64,000 nt of DNA from Entomortierella parvispora E1425 (taxonomy: Eukaryota; Fungi; Mortierellomycota). The translations under genes were made by a program, and so were the position numbers. The notes under the pieces were generated by a model. That model made no database searches. It was not told where the DNA came from and was given only the letters and a program-made list of their open reading frames with translations. Positions 22,901-34,590 of the stretch are shown piece by piece (position 1 is the first letter of the stretch; each line of letters opens with the position of its first letter). The DNA lies in the NCBI GenBank assembly GCA_020891255.1, contig BQFW01000004.1, forward strand, positions 2,480,001 through 2,544,000. Reading direction: 5' to 3'.

Positions 22901-25900
22901 TAGGACCGATCAAAGAGTTTCCTTGGGCTCAAAACAACTCGCAATCCCCACCGTTGAGAGAGCCTTGGGCTTTGGCATACGTCTACTATTCTGAATCTGA
23001 TAGTGATGCAGGCGATCGAATGTTGGAGGCAGGACTCGCGATGGCTCCTTCATGTATGGCCATGATGATGGAAAGTTCTACTGCGGGTGGGCCGTCCAGG
23101 ATCGTTACTGTCACCAAGCCAATCTTGGTGGACCAGGTCATGGACTCCGCCTTTAGTCGCTTTAGTCGCAGCGAAGGGGATACCAGTATCGACATTGACT
23201 TCAACGTGGATGAATCCGATGGCGACTCTATGATGTCTTCTGAAGACAGTGCTCTCCTACAGCAGTTGGAAGCTTCTGCTGCGGCAGAGGACAAGGGGAT
23301 TTCGATCCTACGCGTCAATAGCAGTCAGATGTTGTCCTCCACAGCAGAGTCAGGAACCAAATCGATTCCACATCTAGGAGAACAGAGTGAAGGTCATCGG
23401 ACAGAGCCATCTAGCACGAGGAGTGGCTATAACGAACTATCTGCGCTCAAGAGAACAGCCGCAGATCGTGCTTGGAAGGCTAGGATTCGTGAAACAGTTC
23501 ATTCAGAGGCAGATTTCCCGGAGGATGTCAGGACTGTGGCGCGGTCCATCTTTCGTGTCATTCGTGAGTATGACGTCTTGGCTCAAATGCCCTTTGGAGG
23601 CAGCCGCCGCGCTGTTGGTCAACCTCATGGGCACAACAGTATTCGCTCCTTGCTGCTAGAGGGGGTGGAGCAGGCTCGTATCCACGGTAACCATGCGGCC
23701 GCGATCAACTTTCACCACGCAGTCCGTGTTCTTGACTCCTCGACAACTCTGAGGCACCTTGATAGCTCCAAGCTGATTTATCTCTTGGCCATGCCCATCA
23801 AACACCGTTTGGAGCACCGCCTGGGCCGAGCTCGAGGAAGGACAATCTGGGAAGGATATGCTCATACCTGGCATCAAAGAGTTGTGGGAGCCATTGATCG
23901 GAAACGCGAGGCTCTCTCATCTCTGAGAATCAAGATGTATTATCAAACTTGCGTCCGGACTTCGCGCGCCTTTGATCGATCTTTAGGAGTTGTTCGGATT
24001 CTCAGCCGACTGAACCGTGATGCTGTCAAGAAATACCAGCCAGTAGAAGAGTGGGACAGATGCTTTGGTGAAGGTGTCAGCTGGGAGGACTCTGATTCCA
24101 AGCTAGGGATGACTGGCAGGGCAAGGTGTGATCATCCAAACTGCCGAGGGAACTGTGGGGACCATTACTCACAAAGTGTTTATGGCGACACTTCAGGCTA
24201 CCAGATCGACACGGGTTCTCGAAGGCATAGCGGCAACTCTGGGCCTGTCCACATCTTGCGAGGTTCCAAGGGTAGACGCAGCAGTTTCAGCACCTACATG
24301 GACAATGTGACCTCACGATCGCTGCCCTTCCAAGAGAGCACTCTCGGTCTTGTCAGGGAGCGCCAACCTTCCAACTTCACAAGCAGCTACAATCCAGTTG
24401 GTTCCATTGGAGGACATGGCGCTCAAAATGAGGCATCAGGGGAACTTTCCGACTTTAGCATGGACGCTCGCGAAGTCGAGGCTGTTCAGCGCTGGATTTC
24501 AGATACGGGAATTTATAACTTTTTGCCGGGCGACGATGTTTTTCTTCGCTTTTGCATGGAGATTGAATCTGTTATCCGGGGCATCGGGCTCGGAGGAACG
24601 GGAATCCAAGGAGCAGGAATACAGCAGGTGCCATCGCTCACTGTCAGTGGTGGCGACTTTTTTGTCAAGGAAGTTCAAAAGTACAATGGGCAGTTTGCCT
24701 CTGGCATGGCGCCTTCCGATCCTACCCCAGTCTCAAAACCTGGCAGTACATCAGGCATGGCAGAGTTCCTTGTCAACTCTTTCAAGAGTGGACATGCTTC
24801 ATCAGTTCCGACTGTGACAGGGGGCCACTTTTTTTCATCAGGAGGGAATCAAGCAGGTGGATCTGTGTCCAACACTCAAGCATCTCATACCCCTAATGTC
24901 AATGGACCAAATACTACCACTAGTTCAACGGGGCACTCTAGAATGACTCTTCGTCAGAGCTTCCAAAGCCATTCTCTGAGCGCACAGGAACCTTTGCCTT
25001 TCTTGGCGGAAGATCCCAGCTCGGTCTATGCTTTCCCGACTGGTCCAACGTATGCACTCTACCATCCGCCTTATTCGACATCAGCTCATGGAGCGAGCTC
25101 TTCAATCTCGAGCTCGAATGCTCATGGAGGCATGTCTTCGACTTTTTCTCCGCGCCAGAATGCGCCGAGTGCACCCAAGGACATGGCCGAATTTCTTAAA
25201 AGGGTTCAGCTCAGGTTGACGAGTTTTGTACTTTCAGAATGGCTCGATCTCTTTGGGGAGGTCGAGGCTGATCAGTGGTTCCAAGAATTTTTGGAAGAAA
25301 TGAGCACGGCGGCTCCGGACAGGTCGGAAGAGGACGAAGATTTTTTGAGAACTGGTCAAATGGATATTGAGGACGAGCCGTTGGACTTTACAGCCCATCG
25401 CTTTTCAGGTGACCCAGAGTCGTCGACAGCGCCTTCCGAGCGATCGCGACCCTCATCAGGCTTAACATCTGCCCTTTCGTCCGCTTCGGAGCACAGGACT
25501 CTTCGCAGCAGCGTCAGCTTAGGATCGATGGCTCAGCAGCAACAATTGCCATCTGATCGGCCAATTTCAGGAAGCGAGATGAGGACCCCTCGCCAGTCCA
25601 ACTACCGTCAAGAGACATTCAGTGAAACGACCCCACGACCTTCCAGCTCGGGGAAGAGTCTACTGAGTTTTCACTCAAAGCACCGACCTTTCGATTCATC
25701 AAGGTCGTCAGGGTCGATCCATGTCGTTCAGGCAGAGCCGTACGACCTAGCGGCTGCATATCAGTCGACAGTCGAGCAATTCAATCATGCCAAGTCCCCT
25801 TACCAGAAATTGGGCCATCTTTTTGCGTTGGAGCTGTTGATCGTCGCCTCATTGTCATATCCTGACTCTTGCTCTGGCCCAATTTTACCCCCCAGCCCAT

Positions 25901-26367
25901 CCACCGCTGGTGGATTGAATTCAGGGTTCAGTGATCGCCCTGGGAACAGCGGCATAGGGGCAGGGGCGACCGGTGAATTCCCTTTTTCACCGAGAGCATT
26001 CACGCCAGGAACGGACGCGATTGTGAACGAGATTGAGAAATTGTTCCGTCATCCGCAGGTACTTCGGCCACGAAATCTGCTGAGGGATATGCAGTTGATT
26101 GCGACGTTTATCCCTGGCTCTATCCTGGACCTTCGAGATGATGGCAAGGCGTTTTGGGATATGACGATGGCCATTGGAAGCTTGAAAGAGGGCGTGGTGG
26201 AGTATGTGGTAAAAAAAGGGACACAACTTGTGGAGGTGGGCGAGAACGCCGATGGATCTCGCGAAGAGATTGATCGAAGTGGAAGTCGACCAATTATACA
26301 GGACGATGAAGAGAGGCTTCGCATGGCCGAAGCTGTCCGACTGTTTACCATTGGTAAGAACTGGAGC

Positions 26368-26398
<31 letters not shown>

Positions 26399-27343
26399 GA
26401 AGAAATGGATTTCTGACATTTTTGTAAATCACAAATAGGTGCCAAGGAATCGCACCCGGTTGCTCAACGAGAATTGGGAATCCTGTACATGTCCCTGCCT
26501 ATGATCCCGTCTGCGTCTTCGCCCACAATTAGTCATGTTATTGGTACGGATGGATCACCAATCTTGAGTCACCTTGGACGGATTCCGTCCCCGGTCTCTA
26601 CCATCTCGACCTCTAGATATGCAAAGTCAACAGCTCCTTCTGTCAGGACGAGTACTCCACCGCCTCCCTCACCCAAAAGCAGTGTTTTCGGAAGCGCTGT
26701 TGGCGGCGGCGGTGGTAGTGGTGGTAGCGGCGGAAAGAGTGGCGCTACAGCCAGTATCCCGATTAAGCAAAAAGGTCGTCATCATCAACATAGCGGCAGT
26801 GGCAGTGGCAGTAGCTTCGGGAGTGGAGTTTTGAATGGGCTCGGGATCATCACTGGTCTGGGTTCATTCACGTCCTCGTCCATTGGTTCTGGTGGGTCTG
26901 AGGGAGGTGGACCTAGTAACTCTTCGGCTGTCTCCTTATTGCAGCAGCAGCACCAACAGCATCAGGAGTTTGCAGAGGGTCATCACGATGTGGAACAGTA
27001 CCTGGAACCGACACCTTCGAGACTCTCGGCCGGATTCTTCGGCCAGTCAAAGTATGCCAGCTCTTCATTACAGCCGTCCTCTGTAGTGCAACAACAGCAG
27101 AGTCGACATCACCATCACCACCATTATCACCATTTGCAGCATCGCCCTCACCTGCAACAGCCTCACCACCATCAGCAGCCTCAGCCAGGACCGTCGTCTT
27201 CAGGTCCTGATAAGTTCAATCCTGAGAACGTGGCGGCGGCAATGCATTGGTTTGGGTTGGCAGCTGCCCAAGGCGACAAGTTTTCAATCAACTATTTGAA
27301 ACACAAAGAAACTGCTGGAGGCGTTCTCGGGGGTCACTCATAG
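19913..27343 (+). CDS. Very large protein with RasGAP-like domain, VPS9-like domain and SEL1-like repeats (GAPVD1/RME-6-like architecture), 4 exons
   Basis: Exons of about 19913-21748, 21831-21949, 22020-26353 and 26439-27343 join in frame. KFFFYRFMNKCIAYPE resembles the RasGAP FLR signature. FNHAKSPYQKL...PGTDAIV...LRPRNLLRDMQLIATF...KAFWDMTMAI is VPS9-like. EAVRLFTIGAKESHPVAQRELGILY and AAAMHWFGLAAAQGDKFS are SEL1-like. Confidence 0.8.
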
Positions 27344-27785
27344 ACATTGGAGAATAACGTGCAGAGGTCGTCAATAAACAAAAGCAGCAAAAAAATATGA
27401 TGTGGACAGCTGTTGTGTTTTCCTTTGGAGTGGGTCCTTCGCACCTTTTTTTTTAAAAAAAAATCGGGGGAAATGGAGCAAAGGACACATCGATCTTCGT
27501 CGATCCTAATTCAGACATGCACATGGTTGGCTTAGGACAGGGCGACGAGATGACCAAGCGACGCTCAGTCAAAGGTCCCTTTATTACTCGCAGCGGTAAA
27601 AAACATGGGGGGGGGGGGCAAGGCCGTTCTCTTTGTTCCAGTACCGAAGAGCAGGAGAAATTCATTCCGTGATTTGTCATTTCTGCATCGCATCAAACAA
27701 ACCGCACGTCCTTGAGCAGCGAGAATGGTACATGGTCAAATTTCAGGGGAGGTTTCTGTCTGAAAGTCTTTGATAAATGTATTGT

Positions 27786-29887
27786 CTATTCAACCTTCTT
27801 GGGATGTTTGATAGTAAAGCACCAAATGTCAAAGTAGTCGCACAAGTCGTTGACGACATTGATCGCAAAGTGAGCGTACGCAGCCGCTGAGAACGCCAGG
27901 CAGCTCCATAAGTAAATGTCTTCCATGTGCGATCCAAAGAGTCTCTCACTATTGGACGTCGTGAATGGAAAGAGAAGGAGAGTCAAAAAAAAAAAGCCGG
28001 AGATTGGGTTAATGACCGTAGCCACTCAACGAAGCATGAGGAGATGTGAAAAGAGAGACTTACAAACCAATCAATGGCAAGTTGGCGTTCAAAGCACCAA
28101 AGATCAAGGGCAGGAATGAAATGTTGAAGAGAGGGAAGGGCTGATGGGTGACATGGGCCGTAATCATCAATCCAACAGTGTAGCCGAACGACAGTCCAAT
28201 GTAAAGAATCCAGGGAACAATGTGCTGGTTGACAATATGAGGCGAGGCATCCAACCAGGCGTAGGCAACGAAGGACATTCCAACATAAGGAGCCACGCCA
28301 ATCAACGCAGGGAGGACGGGCAGGTTCTTGTCCTTGCGAGCCTTGATCACATGCTGGAACCTATACATCCCGCAAAAGAGACCCTCATCTGTTTAGTGTG
28401 TTTCTCTCATTCTATCCAAGCACTGGATATGGATCTTCACAAGGTATGGGTATATCCTTACGCAGTGGCAATGTTTCCGACAAGTCCAATGGTACCAAAG
28501 GCAACCAAAAAGTGGTTGACCTGAATATCAGGGATGAAGGACAAGAACTCGGGCGACAATCCGAATGCTGAGCGGAGAGTTTGGACCCAGATCTGAGGTC
28601 CAGTGAATCCAGTGATGATGTAAAGAAGAACAATCATCAAGATGCCCTCCACTGGTCCCGAAAAGGCGCTCAGGTACAAAGTTCCAGTGTGATACTCTTC
28701 CCATGTGCTGAGATAAAAGTTTCCAAGAGCTATGTAAGAAGAAAACAGAGGAAGGGGAGAGCAATGTCAGCCATTCGTCCACATGGGATCCGTTCCGATG
28801 ATGATCCCATCGTTAGCGGGATAGCAGCTGGTCTTACTCAGAAAGTGCGAAAGAACTGTCCACCAGCTCTGGTTCAACTGCATGGCATTCGCGGCAAGGA
28901 TGACTTCAAGCTATATTTATCAGGAAAAAAAAAAAAAGGAAAAAAAAGAAACAAGCCGCAAGCCGAGCGCGCATGCGTTTTTTTGAGCGTCGTGAGTTGT
29001 CGATCAATTGATTGTCCCAGGAAGGGGCACTTTTGCCGCCAACCTTAAATTCCTTTGGGGTGGAAGAGAGCCAAAAGACACACGCGCTGGACCTGAGTGG
29101 CGGAGACGCTTTGATTCTGCCCCTTCTCTCTCCCCCGTGCTTATCCCACATGCTGCTCTCATATCAGTTGTGCACCTACCGAAGTGTTGAGGGCATCGCA
29201 CCCTGTTCGCCAACAATCACATAACGGGAAAAAAAAATAACAAAGTCAGCGATTTGCCCGAGACTTGTCAACCCCTTTAGAATGGTGGGTCCCGCACGGG
29301 TACCATACCATGATCAAAAAGTTCTCCAAGAGGTCCTGATGTTCCCGTTCTTCTGGCCTGTTTTCCATCGATGGCGTCCAAGGACTGGTAGACAAACAAA
29401 CCAATTCCGAAACTACAAATGATTGCAATCATGTTAGGTGTCTGACTGAACCCTTGCAGGGACGCCTGTGATCAATGGCTCCGCCACTTACCTGAAATAA
29501 GCCCAGGATGGGCAGACACCAGTCATGTCAGGCGTATAGTAAAACATGGTCAAGAGGTTGAAGACGACGCAGAGAAAGCCAAGACCGGTGATTGTGTTTG
29601 GACTAGATTAGAGCACCCAATGACGCTTCGATTAGTACGCATTGTTCCTTTTCAAGTGGCCAGTGACATTTGAAATGGATTCGAGTGCAAGCATTTCGTG
29701 TCTGCTTGAATGATTGCAGGATTGAGCGATCAGAAAGAAGAACATACGCCATGGACAGAGGAAAGAAAGTCACCAGCTTTGTCCAGTATGGGCCGAGGAC
29801 ATATTTCGAAACAAGGGACTCGTCCACACCAGAGTACTTGTATTTACTCAGGTTCTGGCGGTATTCTGTGGGGATGTATCTGTTCAT
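27786..29887 (-). CDS. EPT1: Choline/ethanolamine phosphotransferase (CDP-alcohol phosphatidyltransferase), multi-exon
   Basis: [24 protein letters not shown]...PNTIT; [24 protein letters not shown]|GCDALNTS (CDP-alcohol motif); [13 protein letters not shown]...GPVEG; [16 protein letters not shown]1 versus EPT1 specificity cannot be resolved. Confidence 0.93.
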
Positions 29888-30099
29888 TCGGATAGATGCA
29901 GAGTAGAGTGGAGAGGGGTGGGGATGGATGAAGAAAAGAGTGAATGGAAGGGGATCAACCTTCAAAGAAGAGAAAAGAAAAAAAAAAAATCCCTGAACAA
30001 ATCGCACGTCACATTGACGCGGGCGAGCCGTGTGAATGCCACGCGCGCGTGTTTCTATTGTTTGATTTGCAGACGATGTCTAAAGCAAAAAGTGGTCTG

Positions 30100-31596
30100 T
30101 CACAGCTCATCCCTGCTCTTGCTCTTGTCCGCATGGGCCTTTTCCCGCTCCTTCTGGTGGTAATCGTTGTGTGCAATCGAGACGATCCTGTCTCCCTCCA
30201 TCCCCGCATCAAACATGATATGGTCACTCTCGCCATGATGCGCATCAAGATGCGAGTGTGGGGTCGCTTGAGGCTGGTGGGCAACAATCGTCTCCTTCTC
30301 AATAATCAGTGTTGTCACCCGGTGCACCACCGTCCGAAATCCTTGGACGTCTCCTTCCTTAAGTGGCTTCACCTCCTGCTCATGATGACGAATCGTCTGG
30401 TAAGAAATATGACGGAATGGATCGTGCGGGCCGTTGATCTTGTTGTTGTCCTTCCTTCCAGATCCGACCGTGGTAGCGGCCGCAGGCATAGGTTCGGGGC
30501 TAGGGGCGGCTGGTCCCGCCTTTTCTTCCTCATCTCGATGGGCCTTTCGATCTGCCACCTCTTGCAGATGGCGAGCTACGGCTGCTGCTGCGTCGTGGTG
30601 CGATGGACTGGAGGTGGGTGCTGCAATTGACACGATCGGCTCTGGCGTTGTCATGTCGTCCACGATACTTGGCATTCTCTCTAGATTATCGTCTTTCTCT
30701 CCATAGCGCTGATGCTCTTCCCAGTCCTTGAGAAGATCTGCTGGAATGTATTGGTGGTGTCCAATCAGCGAGGTTGAGTGAACTATGTTGTCGTCTGTGA
30801 GTTGTACTGATCGAACCGGAGGATGGTCATCATGGCTGTAGGTCAAGGTTGTTGTGTGGAGCTCAGAGTCATCTTCTGAGACTCGTTCATGTGGACTAAC
30901 CGCGGCTCCATGCGTGCTCTGGTCCCTTGCTGTAGGCTGAACGTTTCCTTCGCTTGGGTTGTGGCGCTTTGTACAAGCAGTGATATGCAGATCGGAGTAG
31001 AGAGTCGATCCCTCGCCGCAGAGAAGATTGTCTCCATGCCCGTGATGTTCGTGTCCAGGATGTGCTGTTGGCGTCTGCTCCGGCTGTGGATCCGCGGGAA
31101 CACGAGGATGGGCTGGGTCCAAGAATTCGGCTTTGGCATGATCTTTAGATCCGCTGTGATCTGAATGAGAATAAGCTCCCAAGGTGTCGTGAGTGTCGTG
31201 GGTGTCATGGGTGCCGTGGGTGCCATGGTTGCCGTGGATGTCATGAGTGTCGTGGATGGCCTGAGCATGGTTCGGGTGCGAGCAGGTGTATTGGATTCGA
31301 GGGAACCCATCGCCTAGGGATGTCACGGCAAGATAAAAGTCATCACCATGGTTGACGCATCCTCGAGGGCATGGCTCCTTGTGTGTAACAGGGTCTGTTG
31401 GAGTGGCGATCTTGGCTTCTGGGAAGAGCGAACCGGAGAGGATGGGCTGATGATGGCGATGCTTAAAGTCCTGGTGTTTGTGGGCAGGATGAGGCGTGGC
31501 ATAGATCGAGTCCTGACGGGGGTTGACGGTCTTGGCCAGGACACTGAGGACTGTCCAGGTGAGCAAGAGTATAGATATCGAGAGAATCCTGTGCAT
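30100..31596 (-). CDS. His-rich luminal protein with signal peptide and C-terminal RDEL ER-retrieval signal, 498 aa, intronless
   Basis: MHRILSISILLLTWTVLSVLA signal peptide; HDTHDIHGNHGTHGTHDTHDTHD repeat; five Cys in the N-terminal half; no transmembrane segment; ends KSKSRDEL*. Confidence 0.82.
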   Translation of the reverse strand: MHRILSISILLLTWTVLSVLAKTVNPRQDSIYATPHPAHKHQDFKHRHHQPILSGSLFPEAKIATPTDPVTHKEPCPRGCVNHGDDFYLAVTSLGDGFPRIQYTCSHPNHAQAIHDTHDIHGNHGTHGTHDTHDTHDTLGAYSHSDHSGSKDHAKAEFLDPAHPRVPADPQPEQTPTAHPGHEHHGHGDNLLCGEGSTLYSDLHITACTKRHNPSEGNVQPTARDQSTHGAAVSPHERVSEDDSELHTTTLTYSHDDHPPVRSVQLTDDNIVHSTSLIGHHQYIPADLLKDWEEHQRYGEKDDNLERMPSIVDDMTTPEPIVSIAAPTSSPSHHDAAAAVARHLQEVADRKAHRDEEEKAGPAAPSPEPMPAAATTVGSGRKDNNKINGPHDPFRHISYQTIRHHEQEVKPLKEGDVQGFRTVVHRVTTLIIEKETIVAHQPQATPHSHLDAHHGESDHIMFDAGMEGDRIVSIAHNDYHQKEREKAHADKSKSRDEL

Positions 31597-31857
31597 CGTG
31601 ATGGAGTTGTGAAGAGTGAAGAAGAAAAAAAAACCGCAAAGGCGAGAAGTGAAATACGAGTGAAAAAAACTCGATGATTGGTGGCGAAATGAAACCTTGA
31701 ATAGTTTCTCAATAGAGCCTCGATCCTCTGGAATAAAAAATACCCTCAATCTTTTGCCCGGTGCAACCTTTTCTTTTCTTTCCCTCCGAGGAACCCCCAC
31801 AAACTTCTCCACTGCAGCACATCTCTCGGCTTTCTTTTTCTTCTCTCTCGAACTCCG

Positions 31858-32495
31858 ATGCAGCTTCTGACATCACTCTGCTCCATTTCATCCGCTCTGA
31901 CTCGATTCTCCCCTTTGACCTCCATCCGTACATTTCGGCGACTCTCCTCGTCTCCTCTTTCATTCACTTCCCCTCGGTTCATTCACACGTCTGAACCTTT
32001 CCTAATGACATCCTCTCATGACAACGACGACGGCCTGGTGCAGATTCACTCCCGTCAACCCCAAAAGACTCAGGCCGAACTCGAGAAGGAGAAATGGCAA
32101 GAAGCCCATCGGTTAGCCTGCGAGGTATCAATACTCATAACATACTTTTATCTCTTTGTTTCGTCCGCCAAGTCTCCTGCACGGATCCACGATACGTTGC
32201 TCAATTATTGACTTTTCTGTGTTCTTTCTTTTTTTTTATTCAGGGCAACCGGAAAAAGTACATTGATCCAAAGACCGGCTACAGCGTCATGACTGAACTC
32301 CTTCACAAGCGTCGAGGCTACTGCTGTGGAAATGCTTGTCGTCATTGCCCGTATGAAAACGAAAACGTTGGCGTCTCGCCCGAGGTCAAGAAGGCCAACA
32401 TTGAGCGCGGCAAGCAACGGAGAAAAGAAATCGAGGCCATCGAGGGCCAGCCAGTCTGGGCTGACGACGACGACGAAGACAACTACAGCGATTAA
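31858..32495 (+). CDS. C1orf53/DUF5522-like Cys-cluster protein with probable mitochondrial presequence, 2 exons (intron 32125-32243)
   Basis: YIDPKTGYSVMTELLHKRRGYCCGNACRHCPY motif. The N-terminus MQLLTSLCSISSALTRFSPLTSIRTFRRLSSS...RFIHTS is Ser/Arg-rich and acid-free. Confidence 0.8.
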
Positions 32496-32799
32496 AGAAA
32501 GATAAAAGCATGCCATAGGATACCCTTCACACCAATAGACTTGAGCCAGCGATTTACCTGTCATCGTTCGATATTGTCGTCATGGTTGACATGATTGAGA
32601 ATTTAAAAGATGTTTGTGTTTTTTTTTTTATTTTACTTTTTGGTATTTGTTCTATGGTGTCGATATAGCCCACTTCAAAGATCCCTTTGAGAGGTAGATC
32701 TCAGAAAGAAATCGTTTTCAACTCGCAGATGCATCTGCTTTTAGCAAAGGAGGTTCGCTGAATCAAAAGAAAAGGGAGCTCTCCAGCAAAATGATCCTC

Positions 32800-34218
32800 T
32801 CATCGGGAGGACCCATTTGCTGCTGATGCTGTTGCACGAGTGATAGTCTTGGCAATGACAAGATAGGCAAAGATCAAAAAGAATGCCAACCACTTGTGCC
32901 AATGGCTCATAGAGAACAAAGATGCCCTCCGAGCTGCCCGATCGCCTGCCGCTGCCACGCCGTGGTGTCCACCATGTGCTCCTGTTCCTTGTGCGTCATG
33001 TCCTGTGATTCCCCTTGATGCTGTAGTTTGTTTCCGCTGAATGGCTCCTCCAGTGGCTACAGTAGAGGGGACAGATGCTGGAGGCTCCTCTGTCTTGGGA
33101 GCATTTGGAAATGCGATGTGAAGCGGCACTGGTCTCATAGAAACGAGCTCAGGGAAGATTTCTAAACATTCATATTATAAATCAATTAGAGTCGTTCCAA
33201 AAAAAAAAAAAACAGTGGTCAATGACCCTCCTGCTCTTTATCATCCATTTCTTTCATTTACCGGTAAACTTTGGGTTCGAGATGTTGTAGCCGTGAGAAC
33301 GTTGAGCCAGCAACTTCTTTTCGTATGTTGAGGTCGAAATACTGCCTGTTGTCGATTCATCCTGGGACTATCCGCATGAACATACAAACAAGTATAAAAA
33401 AACAAGGGTGTTGTGAGTACTCGAAAAAAAATAAAAATACAATAAATCCCATGAGCCATTAAAAAAAGGGGGAGAAGTGAAGGGCCTTCTTACCATAAAG
33501 CTCAAGAGTCCATTCAAAATAGTTGCCACACTCCAACTGGGGTTCCAAGTTCCTGGGTGGAAATCCGACATGCTCAGACAGAGTCGTGTATCAATCTGAA
33601 AGCGTCCGTTGGGTGTCAACATCCTGATCGAAGGTGGTTTGAATGGGTAGTCTTTGGGAAAGACGAGTTTTCCTAAAAATAAAAATAGTCGAAAATGAGT
33701 TCATTTTTTTTTTGGGCCCAAAGTGTCCTGTTCTCCAGGGCAAAGGTCAAGGTGACGGAAGAGGAGGGATTGTGCGATAACAGTTTTGGAGATAACAAGG
33801 CTCGGAAGAGGGGGGTTTGGGTTTGTTCTCGAACCCGATACTTGGAGAAGGGGGGAAGTGGAAGAGAGCTCCTGCATCCCAAAAATAAGTGAAAAAACAC
33901 ACGTTTTTCGACCAGGTTCCAAAAGTCCTTACCATGATATTCACCTCCGTGATAGGGAGTTTCTGGTGGTCCTTTGAGAACATAGTGCCTGTAAGTGAAA
34001 AAAAAAAAAAAAAATAGAAGCCGAAATGGGGTTCAGGGTTAGTACCCATAGGAATGATGTCAAGGGTTTCTCTCTGCCTTGCTGTGCCGTGAAAACAATG
34101 GGCATTACCATTCCAGAATGTTGGACTCGAGAGGCCGAGCAAAGAGATAGGCTGGCGGACTCTTTTGAATGTTGACATACTCCTTAGAAAGGCGTTTGTA
34201 CGCTTGCTTGGTGGCCAT
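32800..34218 (-). CDS. UBC6: Tail-anchored ERAD E2 ubiquitin-conjugating enzyme Ubc6, 5 exons
   Basis: MATKQAYKRLSKEY...ARPLESNILEW|HYVLKGPPETPYHGGEYH|GKLVFPKDYPFKPP...TPNGRF...RLCLSMSDFHPGTWNPSWSVATILNGLLSFM; C-terminal TM WLAFFLIFAYLVIA. Confidence 0.96.
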
Positions 34219-34590
34219 GACTGTATGCTGTGTGGATGCTGAGCGGGGTTGTTTCCGTGGGTTGGTTCGATAGAGCGTGCAAGTGAGAACGAAGCGGGGC
34301 CCCTGTCCTTGATGTGGTCGTTGTTCTGGTTGGGTACGATGGTCGACTAATCTATCCTCCTGTGAGCGAACAGTGGCGGCAGGAGGGACGGGGCAAGGGA
34401 TGATGGACAAGAGAGTGGGTGAGCGAGAGAGAATGAACCAGACCCCATTGGTCATCCTTCCTTCCCTTACCTTCCTTCGCCCTTTCAGCGCTATTGGAGG
34501 ATTGAACTCCAAACCTAGTCACGGGAGTTCCATTAAGGGGTGCCGCTCACTTTCAGTGGTCCGTGCATTTTTAAACAAGTTTTTTTATTC

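Noticed and set aside
27446-27463. Perfect T9-A9 palindrome between convergent genes
   Set aside because: Homopolymer runs are abundant throughout this window, so it is not distinguishable from chance.
29944-30706. Plus-strand ORFs of 228 and 90 aa
   Set aside because: Antisense to the His-rich RDEL gene, which has the coherent signal-peptide-to-RDEL architecture.
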